The notes under the pieces were generated by a model, which worked only from the letters and a program-made list of their open reading frames with translations, did not search any database and was not told where the DNA came from. This document shows, one piece after another, positions 1 through 11,270 of a DNA stretch of 64,000 nucleotides. The stretch comes from an uncultured Planctomycetaceae bacterium (GTDB lineage: Bacteria > Planctomycetota > Planctomycetia > Pirellulales > PALSA-1355): assembly GCA_963785305.1 (NCBI GenBank), contig CAWAUV010000005.1, positions 640,001-704,000 on the forward strand, in the 5' to 3' direction. Numbering within the stretch: the first letter of the stretch is position 1; the number at the start of each line of letters is the position of its first letter. The position numbers were made by a program, and so were the translations under genes.

Positions 1-94
1 GGTCTTTCGTCTGGGGGGAGAGGTTACATGGCTCGTGATGCGCGCTCGCGCGCGGTGCGTCGTATTGCTCGACGTTCCGCCGCGCTCTCTTGAA

Positions 95-958
95 ATGCGC
101 TTTGCTGACAGCGCCGCTTGGCTAACCGCCGCCCTCGTGGCGTGCGGCTTGACTTTGGGCCCGCTCGCCCGGGTTCAGGCGGCGGAAACCTTCGGCAGCA
201 CCTCGCGCGTCATCCATCAGGAAGCCGTGCGCGCGCTTCCGCTCGATAAACTCGACGCCCAGGCTCGCGCCAAGATCGCGCTGGTCATCAGCGACGCCGA
301 TATCTTTCGCCGCCTGCCGGCGCAAGTGATCGATTGCAATCCCGACCTGTTCTTATTTCTCATTCACAATCCGGAAGTGATTGTCAATGTGTGGGAACTG
401 ATGGGCGTGAGCAAAGTCACCATGCAGCGCATCGGCCCCAACACGTTCGACGCCTCGGACCACGCCGGCAGCCGCTGCAAGATCGAATTCCTCTATAGCG
501 ACCACGACCTCTTGCTGATCTATGCCGAAGGATCCTACGACGGGCCGCTATTTGCCCGACCGCTGCGGGCCAAATGCGTGCTCACGCTCCGCAGCGCCGC
601 GATCCGCGAGACCGATGGCCGCGACTATATCACCTGCCGCATGGACACGTTCATTCATATTGAAAACGTGGGCGTGGAACTGCTGGCCAAGACCTTTCAA
701 CCGCTCGTGACCAAAAGCGCGGACTACAATTTCCAAGAAACCGCCGCCTTCGTGAGCATGATGTCGAAGACGGCGGAAAAGAACCCGCAAGGCATCGGCC
801 GACTCGCCGCGAAACTGCAAGCGACCGAGCCCGAGATTCGCAACCAATTCGCGGTCATGGCCCAAAACACGGCCGATCACGCCAACCAGCGCCGCGTGGA
901 ACACGAAGCGGCAAAGAAATCTCGCCCCGCCTTGCAAACATCGACCCAGCGAAGGTAA
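95..958 (+). CDS. Exported hypothetical protein
   Basis: Intact ORF. ATG at 95 gives a signal-peptide-like N-terminus (MRFADSAAWLTAALVACG...VQA) followed by a globular domain. Confidence 0.75.
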   Translation: MRFADSAAWLTAALVACGLTLGPLARVQAAETFGSTSRVIHQEAVRALPLDKLDAQARAKIALVISDADIFRRLPAQVIDCNPDLFLFLIHNPEVIVNVWELMGVSKVTMQRIGPNTFDASDHAGSRCKIEFLYSDHDLLLIYAEGSYDGPLFARPLRAKCVLTLRSAAIRETDGRDYITCRMDTFIHIENVGVELLAKTFQPLVTKSADYNFQETAAFVSMMSKTAEKNPQGIGRLAAKLQATEPEIRNQFAVMAQNTADHANQRRVEHEAAKKSRPALQTSTQRR

Positions 959-963
959 TGCTG

Positions 964-998
964 TTGGCGGCCTGTTGAAATATCCAATAGGCGGTTAA
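964..998. terminator. Hairpin between convergent genes
   Basis: GCCTGTTG (970-977) pairs with CAATAGGC (985-992) just after the stop at 958. Confidence 0.45.
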
Positions 999-1099
999 CG
1001 CCATCGTGGCGAGCCGGCGCTCGCTCGCGCGTGCCCGTCTCAATCCATCGCTTGTTCCCATGGGCCGCCCGTTTCAGGGCCAGCTCGCGCTCAATGCAA

Positions 1100-1609
1100 T
1101 CAGCGCGCGCCAATCGCGGGCGCCGATGGCGGCGGGCTCGATGGCTTGAAGGCCCGGGCCGCCTTGAGAATCGTTTGCCGGAAAGGCTCGGGGCGAGGCA
1201 CGCCGGCCAGCCTCAGCATTTCTCGTTCGCCGGCGAGCAGCCGCAAGTCGCCGGCCGGATACCAGCCTTGCCCCTCGAGGGTGTCGATCTCCACCCGATC
1301 GAAATCGCCCAGCGCGATTCCCGCTTCGAACGCCCCGCCGACGCCGCGCTCGATCAGCACTCGCCGATTCGTGACCCGATAACGCCGCGACGCACGCGGC
1401 CGCAACATCCAAAAAAAGAGCGGCAACACGATCGGAATCGAGGCCAGCGCGAACAGCTTGCCGAACGTGAGCCAGGGCAGGCCGGCGTCGATCGCATAGA
1501 GCCGGCCCAGCCGGCGACCAAGACTCGTGGCGGCGATCGACGGCCAAACCACGGCGATCGTAACTTCGGCCGTTTCCGGCGGCGCGACTCCGGCAATGGG
1601 TTGTTGCAT
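1100..1609 (-). CDS. Membrane protein with bacterial PH (bPH_2-like) domain
   Basis: Hydrophobic segment followed by RRYRVTNRRVLIERG...GDLRL, typical of bPH domains. Start MQQPIAG at 1609. Confidence 0.7.
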   Translation of the reverse strand: MQQPIAGVAPPETAEVTIAVVWPSIAATSLGRRLGRLYAIDAGLPWLTFGKLFALASIPIVLPLFFWMLRPRASRRYRVTNRRVLIERGVGGAFEAGIALGDFDRVEIDTLEGQGWYPAGDLRLLAGEREMLRLAGVPRPEPFRQTILKAARAFKPSSPPPSAPAIGAR

Positions 1610-1819
1610 TCGTAAATCCGCGGGCAAGCGACAAAAAATGTAGGCTCGATGGTTCGTCAAAGATAATCATCTGGGTCGGACCGCCACAAGCGCCGAACAC
1701 CGCCAGGGCAACGCCGCGGCGAGGAACCGCCGCAGGCTAGCACGCGGCCCCATCGATGAATAGGCCCAGGCGGACTCACGGCAGGCGACAGAACGCCGAG
1801 GAAACGGCCGCGCTTTCCA

Positions 1820-3419
1820 TCAACGGCCGGATTCGGCGATGGTGATTACCACTTTGTCGCCGCGGACCACGGCGGCCATGCCTTGGCGACCGAGCGCTGC
1901 CTTGAGCGCCTCGGAGACGGTCGCGTTTTTCAGGCGCACGGCGATTGGCGTTTGGGGGCCTTTTCCGGCTTTGGCGAGCGCCTCGCGATCAAGCACGATA
2001 TCCAGCGTGCTGAAATCGCGGAGAAAATCAACGAACTCGCGGAGCGTGGCCTTGGAAAATTCGAGCGATGGCAATTTGTCGTCGAGATGGGTCTCGATCG
2101 CGGCCCGCGCGGCGGTGTCGACGCCATCGCCAGCCGCCGGATCGATCGGCCGCACGTTGCTCGCGGCGGGGCCGACCGGAGACGTGGCCATTGCGCCCGG
2201 CGCTGACCTGCGCCGAAGCGACTTTAGCCGCCGGGGATTGAGACTTTGGTTGCGGCGGCAAGCCGGTTCCCGCCGCGCTCGGCGGCTCGGCCCGCGGGGC
2301 TGCGCCGGCCATTCCGCTCGCGCCCTTGCTCTCGGCGGGCGAGGTGGCGGGTGATGCGGCAGGCGCCGGCGCGATTCGTGGTTCCAGCGCCGTCGCTTGC
2401 GCCGATGCCTTGGATTCCACGGGCCGGGCGAAGGGCGAATTGTTCGTTGGCGCCGGAATGGGCGCTCCCGCTTCTTTCGAAGTGGCGTCGGCGGCGCTTT
2501 CGCTCGGTTTCGCGGCCGACGCGGGCAATGGATTTTCCGTGGCGAGGATCGCGGCGGCGTTCGGCGGCGCCGTCTTGCCGCCGGCTTGAGGATCGCCATC
2601 GGGACCCGCGGCCGACGCCGAGGCGAGATTCACCTCGGGCGAGGCGTTCGAAGCCGCCGGCCCTGAAAGCCACACGTAACTGACGATCCACAACGCCGAG
2701 GCCAGTGCCACTCCCGCGCCAGCGGCCGCGGCCAAGATTCGCCAATCGCCGAACCGACCTGCCGGCGCGGCGGCCCCGGTCGCTGTTGTTTCGGAGCTTG
2801 CCATCGCTGGCATCCCGCCCGACGCCGAAGCCGGTCGCGTTGGCAGGGGCGGAGGAACCGGCGGAGCCAAGGCTTTTGCGGCGAGCACCTTTTTGCCCGC
2901 GGGCTCGGACCGCGCGGCGACCGACTTCGCGGCCGCCGACGTGGTCGAAGTGGCGGAGTTCGTGGCTGGGGTTTTTCCGGGCACGCTCTTCGCGGACACA
3001 TTCTTCGGAGGCGCGTTCTTCGCCGATGGGGCCGCCGGCGCCGAATTCGACGCCGAGGGCTGACGCGCTGTGGATGCTTGATTCGCCGCGGATGTTTGAC
3101 GTGGCTGTCCGGCCCGCGGCGCGGCGCCGTTTTGCCCGAGCGCCGGAGAACTCTTCGATATCGCGGCGCTTTGGCTCGCGGCGCTGCTATCGCCGGCTTT
3201 GGGCTCCGGCTTGGGAGCGGTGGGACTCGCCGCCGCGGGCGCCGCCGCGCCGGCCCGAGCCGACGGCGCCGCGGTCACGGGGCGCTTCCAACCCGGCGGC
3301 GGGACCACTTGCACAAAGCTCCCGCACTTCGGGCAGTCGAGGATCTGGCCAATGGCCGCCTCGTCATGCACCTTGAGCCGGGCTCGGCAGGTCGTGCATT
3401 GGATAGAAAAAAGCTCCAC
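1820..3419 (-). CDS. Zn-ribbon / Pro-Ala linker / single TM / C-terminal STN-like domain protein (one frameshift)
   Basis: N-terminal CTTC...CPKC; TM segment WRILAAAAGAGVALASALWIV. The C-terminus LEFSKATLREFVDFLRDFSTLDIVLD...LGRQGMAAVVRGDKVVITI is in the 1820..2599 frame. Confidence 0.7.
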
Positions 3420-3510
3420 GTTGATCCTGTCCCCGGGGAACTTGAAGCGGGAGGAAAATGATGAGCCCGCGAACGTCTACCTTCCGTCGATAGCGAGATT
3501 TATCCGGCTG

Positions 3511-6500
3511 CTACTTCTTAGGCGGCTCTTTTTCGAGTTCCGGCGGCAGCGTGTATTTGTTCTTGGCGACGGCCGCGGGTCGTGATGAAAATGACGTCCT
3601 TGCCGCCCGGCTCCTTGGGCCGAAATACATAGACTAGTTTACCGTCTGGATTGGCTTTTAGCATGACGGTCCGCAAAATTTCTCCGGCGGGCTTGTCCTT
3701 TTCGTCGAGCACGATCGGTTGATTTTTCGTGATCCCCTCGAGTTGCAAGTCGCCGCCCACGATCACGAATTCAGTATCGATCTCCTTGCTTAATAGGTCG
3801 ATCGTGGTTTCCAGCGAATTGCGGGCAAACGACAGCGTGATTTTCTGTTTCAGCGCGTCGGCCGGACCAGCGGGCTTCTTCGGCGCCGCGCTCGCCATGG
3901 CCCCGCCACCCACGCCTTGCGACAGCAGCAACTCGCTCGCCATCAGCAGGTTATGTCCGGCGGGCGACGGCAAATAGCACCGGGCCAACGCCTGGTTTTC
4001 GTCTTCGCCCACTCGGGTATACTCGCTCGCCAACCGCAGCCATTCGGGAAACCGGGTCAGAATCCGGCGGCTGTAGGGGCCCGGGTTCAGCGCCGCCACA
4101 TAGCTGTCGACCCGATCGCTAAGTTGACCGATGCGTTCGCGAAAGCGCCGGGCCAACTCTTGCGGACCATCGACCGAGCTATAGGCTCGCAACTCGGCGA
4201 AAAAGTCGGCGCCCCAGTTGAGGCTCAGGGCCACGGCCCGCACTTCGTCGCCCAGAAAGTCGTTGAGCGGATCGCGCAGGGCGGCAAAAGGGCCATCGAG
4301 CAGCGACTTTCCGGGTCCATTGAGCCAGGTGGGCGAGAAGAGCAAGGTGAAGGTGCGATCGCGGTCAGTCTGCTTGGCCAGCTTGTCCATTTCCTTGCCC
4401 ATCTCAACCGGGTCGTCGGTCCGATCGGAGGCCTGTTCCTCGGCGTCTTTCATTTCCTGGAGCGGCATCACGGAGAAGACTTTGTTCTCGCCCGCCGTCG
4501 GCAGATAGTAGGCATATTGGCCGCCCGAATAGAAAGCCGGATTGGCCGCGGCCGGTTTGGGGTTCTTCCACGCGGCCACCAGTTCGGCCTCGGGATGGGC
4601 CTTCGCGAGGTGGGCCACGAGCGCCATCTTCGGCATCCGGCGTCGAGCGAGAAGAAGCACACGAGCAGTTGATCGACATCGCCCAGCGGCAGTCCGAGCA
4701 TCGTCTCGAGTTCTTGCCGGGCCGCCACTCCGCCGGGTCCCAGCACCGCCAAGATTTTTTCGCCATCAAGCGATTGCAGGAGCGCCGCCGGACGCAGCGC
4801 GGCGATCATCCGCGTGCCAGTCGGCACATAATGCAAATCGAGCGGCTCGCCCGAGGTGGGCGAAGCCCAGAGGGTTTGATTATCGTCGTCGATCAGCGAG
4901 AGCGAATCACCGCCGGAGCGGCTGGCGGCATCGTCGCCTCCCGCTTCGCGTGGCTCGCTGGCCGTGGAAGAAGCGCTCGGCCGAGGCGACGCGGCGTTTT
5001 TGGCGAGCTCCTTTTCCGCCCTTTCCATCTCGGCGCGGACTTCGGCAAGCTTACTCGACTGCTCGAGTGGCACGCTTTTCTCGCCGCTCATTGTTGAGTA
5101 CACAACCACGGCGCCAATGATGAACACCGCGGCCGCGACCGCGCCGCCGATCATGCGCGGATCGTATTCGTTGGTCTTGGCCTTCGCCTTGGGCGCCAAG
5201 CGCTTGGCCGCCGGCGAACGCCGCGCGACAACGCGCGGCGCAACCGGTTGGACATAGGAAGGCGCGGGCGCGTTCTTGGGCGGGACGTTCGCCGCCGGGG
5301 CGTCCATCACCGGCGCTTCGACCAACGCCGCGCCAGGGCCAACCGCCACCGGAACGGCGCCATGAACAAATGCCGCGGGCGCTGGCGCCACGGCGGGCAT
5401 TGCATGCTGGCCGTGGCCCAGCAAGGGCGAAGGGCCCATTCCGAGCGCGACCGCCGCCGGCGCATAGCCCGGAGCGAAGTTCGGCGGCGGGGCAGGCGGC
5501 GGACCAACTGCCGCTGCTGGGCGGCATATGCGCCGGATGCGCCATGGCCGCGTGTGCAATTCCCGGCTGGGCCATGATTGGATAGGGTGAGGGGGCGACA
5601 GGCTGGGAGGGCGGCATCGACCAACCATGTGCCGGTGGGGGCGCTGGCGCCACGGGAGCCGCGGCGCTGGGCGACGGAGGTGAAACAGCCGTCGGCGCTC
5701 CCTGCATCACGCTCGCCGCCGGCGGCGCGGGCGCGGTGGCCACGGCCGGGACCGCGCCGTTCGTCACCGCGGCAGCCGCCTTTGTTTTGCGTTCGACAAT
5801 CGACTGCAAGGCGCTCGCCACTTCCATGACCGAGCCCGGCCGACCTTGCGGATTCTTGGCCATCATCACCGCGACCAATCGGCCAAGGGCCGCGGGGGTC
5901 TTGGCCACTTGCTCGAGCGGCGCCAAGGGCTCGCTGGCGTGGCGCCGGGCTTTGTCCAGCGCGTCGGCGCCTTGAAACGGAGGGCGGCCGGCGAGCAAGG
6001 CATAGGTCGTGGCGCCAAGGGCATAGATATCGCTCCGCGCATCGGGCGGCCGATGATGCGGCGCCGCGCACTCCGGCGCCAGAAAATCGGCGTTGCGCGG
6101 ATCGGAGCCCGGCGCCGCGAAGGGATCGCTCGCAATCGGGAAATAAAGCAGCTTCAATTGGCCGCTGCTATCGACAAACAGATTGTCTGGCCGCACGTCG
6201 CCATGTGCTCGACCCAGCTTGTGCAATCGATCGAGGCCGGCCGCAGCTTTGCGAAGATAGCGGCAGACATCCTCTGGCTTCATGGGTTTTCCGTCCGCAA
6301 GCTCCACGAGACTTTTGCCATCGAGCGATTCGAGCACCATGAACTTATAGCCATCGGCCGAGACAAGCTCCTCGAGCCGGCTCACATGCGGATGCTTGAT
6401 CTCGATCACGGAACGAGCCGTGTCGGCCAGGGCCTGCCAGCGGGCCGGGTCTTGTGCGGGAGCGCCGGCGATAAAATACAGGATCGCCGGCTGCCCGGAC

Positions 6501-6786
6501 TTGAGATTGCCGGCGCGAAACATGCCCGCGAGGCGGCCGGTCTCGACCCGATCGTAGACCCGAAAGTCGCCGAAGTGAAACGGACCGGATCGGCCGTTCA
6601 TCAGCATTTTGGCCTGGTAGCGGCTCAGCATTCCGCGCTGGATCAGCCACTTGCAGAGCGCCACCGGCTCGGCCGGACGGTCGCCCCGCCGCGGTCGAAA
6701 GCGCTCATCAGCTCCTGCCGCTCGGCGGCCTCGAATAGGCCGCCCTCGATCGCCAGTCGCCAAAACTCATCGATTGCGATTGCCAT
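3511..6786 (-). CDS. Membrane-spanning Ser/Thr kinase-like protein (probable pseudokinase) with C-terminal STN-like domain (several frameshifts)
   Basis: Joined from ORFs 6643..6930, 5051..6763, 4468..5628, 4404..4769 and 3518..4660. Kinase motifs HPH, HGDVRPDN, FLAPE, DARSDIYALG. TM segment MIGGAVAAAVFIIGAVVVY. C-terminus KITLSFARNSLE...EGITKNQ. Confidence 0.75.
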
Positions 6787-7045
6787 GTGCCGCTTCGCGA
6801 AAAAGACTGTTCCGTTTTTGGGAAATCGCCGCCCGACGCCTAGGCGGCGCAATCCGAGCGACGACCTCTCCATTCTTTTCAATGTATCCTGCTCAAGTCC
6901 AGAGTTCCAAAGCTTTTCCGAAAAAAGCACGAACTCGGCGCCCGGACAACCCGACCGCTCGCCTTGAGTCCCGGCCTGGCTGGGCCTATGATGCCGGGAC
7001 TTTCGCCCCCGGCACGGGGCTTCCTACCCCACGAGAATCGCAACC

Positions 7046-8278
7046 ATGAAGGCCAGCGACGCTACCAGAATCTATTTCGATCGGGCCGCCGATCATCTCG
7101 ACCTGAGCTCCGGCAGGCGCACGCTGCTGCTCATGGCCAAGCGCGAAGTCACGGTGCAGATCGCGATTGAAATGGACAGCGGCGAAATCGGCACATTCAC
7201 CGGCTATCGCGTCCAGCACGACGATTCGCGCGGCCCGATGAAAGGCGGCCTGCGCTACCATCCGGAAGTGGATATCGACGAAGTGCGCTCGCTGGCCGCG
7301 CTCATGACCTGGAAGACCGCGGTCATGAATCTGCCTTACGGTGGCGCCAAGGGCGGTATCGCCGTCGACCCGCGCAAGCTCAGCGCGCGCGAAATGGAAA
7401 CGATCACGCGAAAATTCGTCGACGGGCTGCACGACGTGATCGGGCCCGACATCGATATCCCGGCCCCCGACATGGGCACCAACTCCGATGTGATGGCCTG
7501 GTTCATGAACCAGTATCAAAAATACCACGGCTTCAGCCCGGCTTGTGTCACCGGCAAACCGGTCGAGCTCTTCGGCGCCAAGGGACGCGAGGAAGCCACG
7601 GGCCGCGGCGTGGGCATTTACGCGATCAAGCTGATGAGCCGCCTTGGACGCAAGCCGCAACAGACCCGCGTGGCGCTGCAAGGCTTTGGCAATGTCGGTT
7701 CGCACGCGGCCAAGTTTCTCCGCGAAGCCGAGTTCAAATTGGTGGCCATCGGCGACGCCAGCGGCGCCTATTACAAGGCCGATGGCCTCGATGTGGGCGG
7801 CATGCTGCACTATTCGCAAAAACATGGCTCGCTGGCCGGTTATGCCGAAGCCGACTTGATCGACCACGACGCGCTGCTCGAGCTCGATGTCGAATTGCTC
7901 GTGCCCGCGGCGTTGGGCGGAGTGATCACGGCGAAAAACGCGCCGCGGATCAAAGCGCCGATCATCATCGAAGCCGCCAATGGTCCGGTCTGGCCCGACG
8001 CCGACAAAATCTTCGACGACCGCGGCACGGTGGTGCTGCCCGATATTCTGGCCAATGCGGGCGGTGTGACGGTGAGCTATTTCGAATGGGCGATGAATCG
8101 CCAGTATTACGATTGGCCACTGAATCGCGTGCGGCAGGAGCTCGACCGCGCGATCGCCGAATCGTTCGAAAAAGTGTGGCAGATGTCGGTCGAACACAAA
8201 GTCAGCTTGCGCACGGCGGCCTACATGGTGGGCATCAGCCGCGTCGATCGCGCGACGACGCTCGGCGGCATTCGCTGA
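7046..8278 (+). CDS. gdhA: Glu/Leu/Phe/Val dehydrogenase (glutamate dehydrogenase)
   Basis: RGPMKGGLRYHP, GGAKGG, PAPDMGT, VTGKP, ATGRG, QGFGNVG, EAANGP, NAGGVTVSYFEW. Confidence 0.95.
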   Translation: MKASDATRIYFDRAADHLDLSSGRRTLLLMAKREVTVQIAIEMDSGEIGTFTGYRVQHDDSRGPMKGGLRYHPEVDIDEVRSLAALMTWKTAVMNLPYGGAKGGIAVDPRKLSAREMETITRKFVDGLHDVIGPDIDIPAPDMGTNSDVMAWFMNQYQKYHGFSPACVTGKPVELFGAKGREEATGRGVGIYAIKLMSRLGRKPQQTRVALQGFGNVGSHAAKFLREAEFKLVAIGDASGAYYKADGLDVGGMLHYSQKHGSLAGYAEADLIDHDALLELDVELLVPAALGGVITAKNAPRIKAPIIIEAANGPVWPDADKIFDDRGTVVLPDILANAGGVTVSYFEWAMNRQYYDWPLNRVRQELDRAIAESFEKVWQMSVEHKVSLRTAAYMVGISRVDRATTLGGIR

Positions 8279-8433
8279 ACGGCGGCGCGATCAAGCATGG
8301 CGCGCGGCGAGCCCGCGCGCGGCAAATCAATCTTGCGACCAGAGCGCACGAACGCGCGAAACGCCGGCGGATCATGGCGCGCTAGCTTGGCCGATGGCCT
8401 CGCCCCACGAACACGCCGGAGCGGGGGCGATTG

Positions 8434-9651
8434 CTAGAGCCCTCGATTTTCCCAAACCTTGACGCAAGCCAAGAGCGCCACGACCGCCGCGGCGCCGCCG
8501 ATTCCGGCCCCGCGCCCGACCCACAAGGCCAGAAGCGATCCGGCGAAGAGCGCGAGTGTGACGACGGCGACCCAGCCCAAGGCGCCGGGGAAGAATAGTT
8601 TTCGCCTTCCGCCCGCGCCGCGAAGTTGGCTGTAGGTCACGGCCACGACCAGCGAAATGCCCACGATCAGGCCTTCGTAGAGCTCGGCGCCCGACTTGAT
8701 GACTTTGCTGATCGCGTCGATCACGGTGTTGAGAAACAAACAGCCGAGGGCCACGCCGGGAATCGCGCCGATGCCACCTTGCAAACTGCATCCGCCAATG
8801 ACCGACGCCGCGATCGCGTTGAGCTCATAGCCGCGACCCAAGCTTTGAGGATCGGCCACGCTCTGATCGCCGACATAAAGAATTCCGGCCAGGGCCGAGC
8901 ACATGGCGCTCAGGCAGTAGGCAAACCACTTGAGCCGGTCGGTGCGAATGCCGCTCAAGCGCGTGGCGGATTCATTGCCACCGAGCGCATAGAGTCGGCG
9001 ACCGGTGACGGTGCGGCTCATCAGCAGCCAGACGAGCGCGCCCAGGAGCATGAAGAGGCCCATGCGCGTCCAGATGTTTTTGATCCAGCCGCGAAACATC
9101 GGGTCTTGCAAGTCGATCTGCGGCGAAGAACTATGCCAAACCGCGCGGTTCACGGACTCGACGATCGCTCGGCCCAAGCTGCGCAAGCCCACCAAGGTGG
9201 CGAGCGTGGCCACGAAGGGCGGCAATCCGATGGCCGTAATTAGCCAGGCATGTAAACTGCCGACTAAAAAGCCGACCGCGAGCGTCGCCGCCATGGCCAG
9301 GGCAATGTGCGAACCGGCCAGATGGCCCGCCTTCATATTCTCGGGGCTCAGCAGCAGCAACACGGTGGCAAAGGTGGCGCCGCCGAAAGCGATCATCGAG
9401 CCGCTCGACAGATCGATGCCGCCGGCGATGATCACCACGGCGCTGCCCAGGGCAAAAATGCCGAGGATCGCCGTCTTGCGGAGGATATCGTGGGCGCTGG
9501 TGGACGGGTCTCGCCAATAGTTATGGTTGTTGTCGAGCGCCGCGGCCAACAGCACCACGGCCACGATCGCAAGTAGAAGGCCCAGCTCCGCGCTGCGCGC
9601 GCTCAGGGCGCCGGAAATCGAGCTCTTCGATCGCGCGGCCGGTTCGCTCAT
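8434..9651 (-). CDS. Monosaccharide ABC transporter permease (RbsC family)
   Basis: IIAGGIDLSSG, LPPFVATL, YALGGNESATRLSGI, YELNAIAASVIGGCSLQGG. Confidence 0.92.
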   Translation of the reverse strand: MSEPAARSKSSISGALSARSAELGLLLAIVAVVLLAAALDNNHNYWRDPSTSAHDILRKTAILGIFALGSAVVIIAGGIDLSSGSMIAFGGATFATVLLLLSPENMKAGHLAGSHIALAMAATLAVGFLVGSLHAWLITAIGLPPFVATLATLVGLRSLGRAIVESVNRAVWHSSSPQIDLQDPMFRGWIKNIWTRMGLFMLLGALVWLLMSRTVTGRRLYALGGNESATRLSGIRTDRLKWFAYCLSAMCSALAGILYVGDQSVADPQSLGRGYELNAIAASVIGGCSLQGGIGAIPGVALGCLFLNTVIDAISKVIKSGAELYEGLIVGISLVVAVTYSQLRGAGGRRKLFFPGALGWVAVVTLALFAGSLLALWVGRGAGIGGAAAVVALLACVKVWENRGL

Positions 9652-9757
9652 GGATGCCTACGGTCTATTGCTGCAATGGAGGCGGGATCAATGCGGCCCG
9701 AACTTTCGCCGCGCAAGAAGATCGCGGCGCAACGTTTCAAACACCATGCCGCTCGTT

Positions 9758-10855
9758 TCAGGAGGCGTCGAGCTTGTACTTCGCGAGCCATTCCTTGAAT
9801 TCCGGCAAATGCAGGAACTGCGTTTTCTTGCCAAACATGTCCGCCTGGAGCGGGCTGGACTCGGGCACGACGACCTTGATTCCCGTGTCATACAGATCGC
9901 CATCGGGCTCGCCGGCCTTGGGGAACATGTCTTTGACCGTCGCGTCGTCTTTTTCGACCAGCGCCTTCATCAGCCGCACGCCAAGGTAGCCCATGTTGTA
10001 AGGGTCTTGCACGACCATCGCGTCGATCATGCCGTTGCCCATTTGCTCGATTGCCGACTTTTCGGCGTCGAACGTGAGAATCTTGATTTGGTCGCGTTTG
10101 CCGAGCTCGCGGACCACGTCGACGATCGCCGGGCCGTTGTACGAATAGATGCCGTTGAGCAATTTGACGTTTGGAAAGTTGCGGAGCGTGTGCCGCACAT
10201 TTTCCTGGGCCTTCGAGCGATCGAATTCGTCGCCCATGCGGTCGAGCTCCTTGAATGTGTCGCCGGCGGTTTCTTGAAAGCCGTTCATGCGATCCATCGC
10301 GTTTTGGGCGCCGGTGCGGCCGACGAAATCGGCGAACTCGCCGCCCTCGGGCAGTAGCGCCTTGGCGGCGAGCCCCAATTCATGGCCGGCGGCGAGATTG
10401 TCGGTGCCGATATAGAACTCGCGGGCATCGCGATACATTTGACGATTGATGTCATTGTCGAGCGCGATCACATGCACGCCCTTTTGCCGCAGGGTGCGCA
10501 TCTCATCGGCGATCGCGGCGTTGGTCGCGTCGACGGCCGACACCGCCACGGCCGCGATATCCGACTGGCTGGCGAATTGGCGAAGCTTATCGATTTGCCC
10601 GGCCGTGGTGGCGTCGTTGCTTTCCATGACCACGCTTAGCTTGGCGTCGGCAAGCTTGAAATCTTCGGCGGCTTTTTCCATGCCGAAGCGGGCCGCGCCC
10701 CAATAGGGCGAGTCGCCATTGATGAGAATCACGAGCCGGCGCTCGCTCTTGTCGGTTCGGCCCGACTGACTGCTGTCGCAGCCCAACGTTGCCAGGGCCG
10801 CCAGCGTGACACAAATACCAGACCATCGGACATTCGCCGCGAGCGAAGCAAACAT
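9758..10855 (-). CDS. Sugar ABC transporter substrate-binding lipoprotein (RbsB family)
   Basis: Lipobox TLGC; SPYW, YIGTDNLAAG, ILTFD, VVQDPYNMGY. Confidence 0.9.
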   Translation of the reverse strand: MFASLAANVRWSGICVTLAALATLGCDSSQSGRTDKSERRLVILINGDSPYWGAARFGMEKAAEDFKLADAKLSVVMESNDATTAGQIDKLRQFASQSDIAAVAVSAVDATNAAIADEMRTLRQKGVHVIALDNDINRQMYRDAREFYIGTDNLAAGHELGLAAKALLPEGGEFADFVGRTGAQNAMDRMNGFQETAGDTFKELDRMGDEFDRSKAQENVRHTLRNFPNVKLLNGIYSYNGPAIVDVVRELGKRDQIKILTFDAEKSAIEQMGNGMIDAMVVQDPYNMGYLGVRLMKALVEKDDATVKDMFPKAGEPDGDLYDTGIKVVVPESSPLQADMFGKKTQFLHLPEFKEWLAKYKLDAS

Positions 10856-11093
10856 GGGGGCCGCCTGTTTCAATGGGATCGTCGAGAATCGAAAGAATGG
10901 CAACGAAATGCGGGCGCCAAACACCCGCGATTAGCAGCGGCGGTGCCGCGCACCGAGGCGCGGCAGCGCCGCCGCGCCCTCGATGCTTGGGAGAACGGGC
11001 GAAAAGGCGTAGTTCGCGTTGATCGCTCAGAGAGAATTGCTCGAGCCACGCTCTCTGAAACAAGACAACGCCACAATCTTTTCACGGTCTCGG

Positions 11094-11270
11094 TTACTTG
11101 TTGGTGGCGTTGGCCGACGCCGGGCCGGGCTTCACCTTCTTTTTGCCCGCATCCTTCAGGTCCTTCGCGTCTTTCTGCGGAACCGGAGGCGGCTCGCCAC
11201 AACCCAAGATCGGGGCCGTGACAATCGCGATCGAGAGGCAAAACTTAAACAATTTCATGCGGTTCTTCAT
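11094..11270 (-). CDS. Small basic lipoprotein (58 aa)
   Basis: AAGGA RBS; MKNRMKLFKFCLSIAIVTAPILGC lipobox; Lys-rich tail. Confidence 0.6.
   Translation of the reverse strand: MKNRMKLFKFCLSIAIVTAPILGCGEPPPVPQKDAKDLKDAGKKKVKPGPASANATNK

Noticed and set aside
6986..8197. Long antisense ORF opposite gdhA, and similar shadow ORFs (5846..6967, 22620..23852, 28309..30075, 36964..38604, 58408..60177)
   Set aside because: These are expected shadows of high-GC codon usage and show no protein motifs.
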